Positions 18,966 to 20,130 of a DNA stretch of 20,130 bases are shown one piece after another (within the stretch, counting starts at the first letter, position 1; every line of letters starts with the position of its first letter). Location of the stretch: the NCBI GenBank assembly GCA_965371515.1, contig CBDUYR010000048.1, forward strand, positions 1 through 20,130. Direction: 5' to 3'. Under the pieces are notes generated by a model, which saw nothing but the letters and a program-made list of their open reading frames with translations, was not told the DNA's origin and did not search any database. This DNA comes from an uncultured bacterium (GTDB taxonomy: Bacteria; Krumholzibacteriota; Krumholzibacteriia; Krumholzibacteriales; Krumholzibacteriaceae). The position numbers and the translations under genes were made by a program.

Positions 18966-19063
18966 TACGATTTGGGATGACACCGCTGAGCAGAGGGATG
19001 TATTCTGGCCGGTAGACCGACCTTTTATCAAGGATGTGGCACGGCGCACGGCAGCGGCCTCTC

Positions 19064-20130
19064 ATGAACCGTAAGACATTCGTCATACTGCTCCTTCTCC
19101 TCCTCTGCCTCGCAAATCTGACGAGATGTGTGTACAGGTCACGCGTGAGCGGTGAACGTTTCTCAGCCGAAAGCGCGGCCCATTTCCGCTACACGCGGAT
19201 GATCGCCTCCGGAGAGACGGTCCCCCGCCTCGATATCGACGCGCAGTACCCCGAAGGCCTGAAGGTCTTCGAGGAGACCTCCATCGGGATGGAATATCTC
19301 TACGGCCTCGCGTGGAGGCTCATCCCCGCTGGCAGGCCCCCGCTGGACGTGTTCATCCGCTGGTTCTCCGTCTTTCTGTTTACGCTGGCCGCCGTACCGC
19401 TTTCTCTTCTGTCGATCGATCTGTGGGGGAGGAGGAGCTCGGGTATCGTTACGGCCCTTCTCTTCGCCGTCGCCCTTCCCGTGGCGGGCAGGTCGAGCGG
19501 ATTCGACATCATCAGGGAGAACCTTGCCCTGCCTCTCATCGTCTTTCACGCCTGGCTGCTCATAAGAACGGTCCGTACCGGAAGCCGCGTTACCGCGGCC
19601 CTGTCGGCCGCCTTTCTTTTTCTCGCGCTTGCTTCGTGGCAGGGAACGCAGTTCTATCTCGTCCCGCTCGTCCTCTTTCTCGCCGTGCGGGTCGTGTCCG
19701 GGAAAAATATGAAGAGCGGGGAAAAACGGGAGAGAGGAAATGGCGAGACGGTCGCCGGCTGGGCCGTTGTTGCCGCCGCCGCCGCGGCAGGTGCGGCAGT
19801 CCCGTTTCTCAGGGCGGGCGGATTTCCGACATCCCCGATCGCCGCGCTTTGCGCCGGCCTGGCCGGAGCGATGCTGGCAGGCAGGTATGCCGCGTCGGGC
19901 AGGAAAGGCCTGGTGCCGCGCCTCGCGGCCTCGGCGGCGGGCGTCGGCGCCGTCCTCGTACCGGCACTGATCTCGGGAAGGCATTTCGCCGCCTATTCAC
20001 ATTTTCTCGGATTGATCGCGTACAAGCTGAGATATATATACAAGCCGTCCGATCCGGCTCTCCTGCCGTTCGACGTCAGGGCTTTCTGGGTGGGCCCGTT
20101 CCATTCGCCCGACCTTCTGCATATCTTCGT
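19064..20130 (+). CDS. DPY19/STT3-like GT-C membrane glycosyltransferase (partial, runs off window end)
   Basis: Hand translation gives 355 open codons from ATG 19064 (alternative ATG 19034): MNRKTFVILLLLLLCLANLTR...FSAESAAHFRYTRMIASG..DIDAQYPEG..ETSIGMEYLYG...GRSSGFDIIRENLALPL...LASWQGTQFYL...AYSHFLGLIAYKL...PFDVRAFWVGPFHSPD. Not in the ORF track because it has no stop in the window. Confidence 0.75.
   Translation, partial: MNRKTFVILLLLLLCLANLTRCVYRSRVSGERFSAESAAHFRYTRMIASGETVPRLDIDAQYPEGLKVFEETSIGMEYLYGLAWRLIPAGRPPLDVFIRWFSVFLFTLAAVPLSLLSIDLWGRRSSGIVTALLFAVALPVAGRSSGFDIIRENLALPLIVFHAWLLIRTVRTGSRVTAALSAAFLFLALASWQGTQFYLVPLVLFLAVRVVSGKNMKSGEKRERGNGETVAGWAVVAAAAAAGAAVPFLRAGGFPTSPIAALCAGLAGAMLAGRYAASGRKGLVPRLAASAAGVGAVLVPALISGRHFAAYSHFLGLIAYKLRYIYKPSDPALLPFDVRAFWVGPFHSPDLLHIF

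Noticed and set aside
19163..20000. Listed ORFs 19163..19984(-), 19300..19539(-), 19740..19970(+), 19809..20000(-)
   Set aside because: Arg/Gly/Pro-rich shadows of the real plus-strand membrane-protein ORF starting at 19064.
1..20130. CRISPR arrays, tRNA/rRNA, IS elements, integron attC sites, selenocysteine recoding
   Set aside because: No regularly spaced repeats, cloverleaf signatures, transposase/integrase motifs or in-frame stop read-through were seen by eye; intergenic gaps are short.

Overview
GC-rich bacterial chromosomal window. An FCB-type lineage such as Krumholzibacteria/Latescibacteria is my inference from a FlgD/T9SS-like C-terminal domain. Left part: a minus-strand run of a Crp/Fnr (HcpR-like) regulator, a MenG/UbiE methyltransferase, a class V PLP enzyme and two tandem paralogous small membrane proteins. 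This run diverges from a hybrid cluster protein gene (hcp) preceded by an FNR-type palindrome at about -41.5. Middle: lepA-hemW, a low-GC SAM methyltransferase, and a secreted M1 aminopeptidase with a C-terminal sorting domain. Right part: a surface-glycan locus made almost entirely of membrane components (Wzx flippase, GT-C+TPR transferase, Wzz-like protein, O-antigen ligase/polymerase, a second GT-C protein) plus a stand-alone Lrp/AsnC domain. The most notable item is absent from the supplied ORF track because it runs off the window end: a plus-strand ORF from 19064 whose motifs resemble the eukaryotic DPY19 tryptophan C-mannosyltransferase family, with some STT3-like traits. No RNA genes, CRISPR arrays or transposases were seen.
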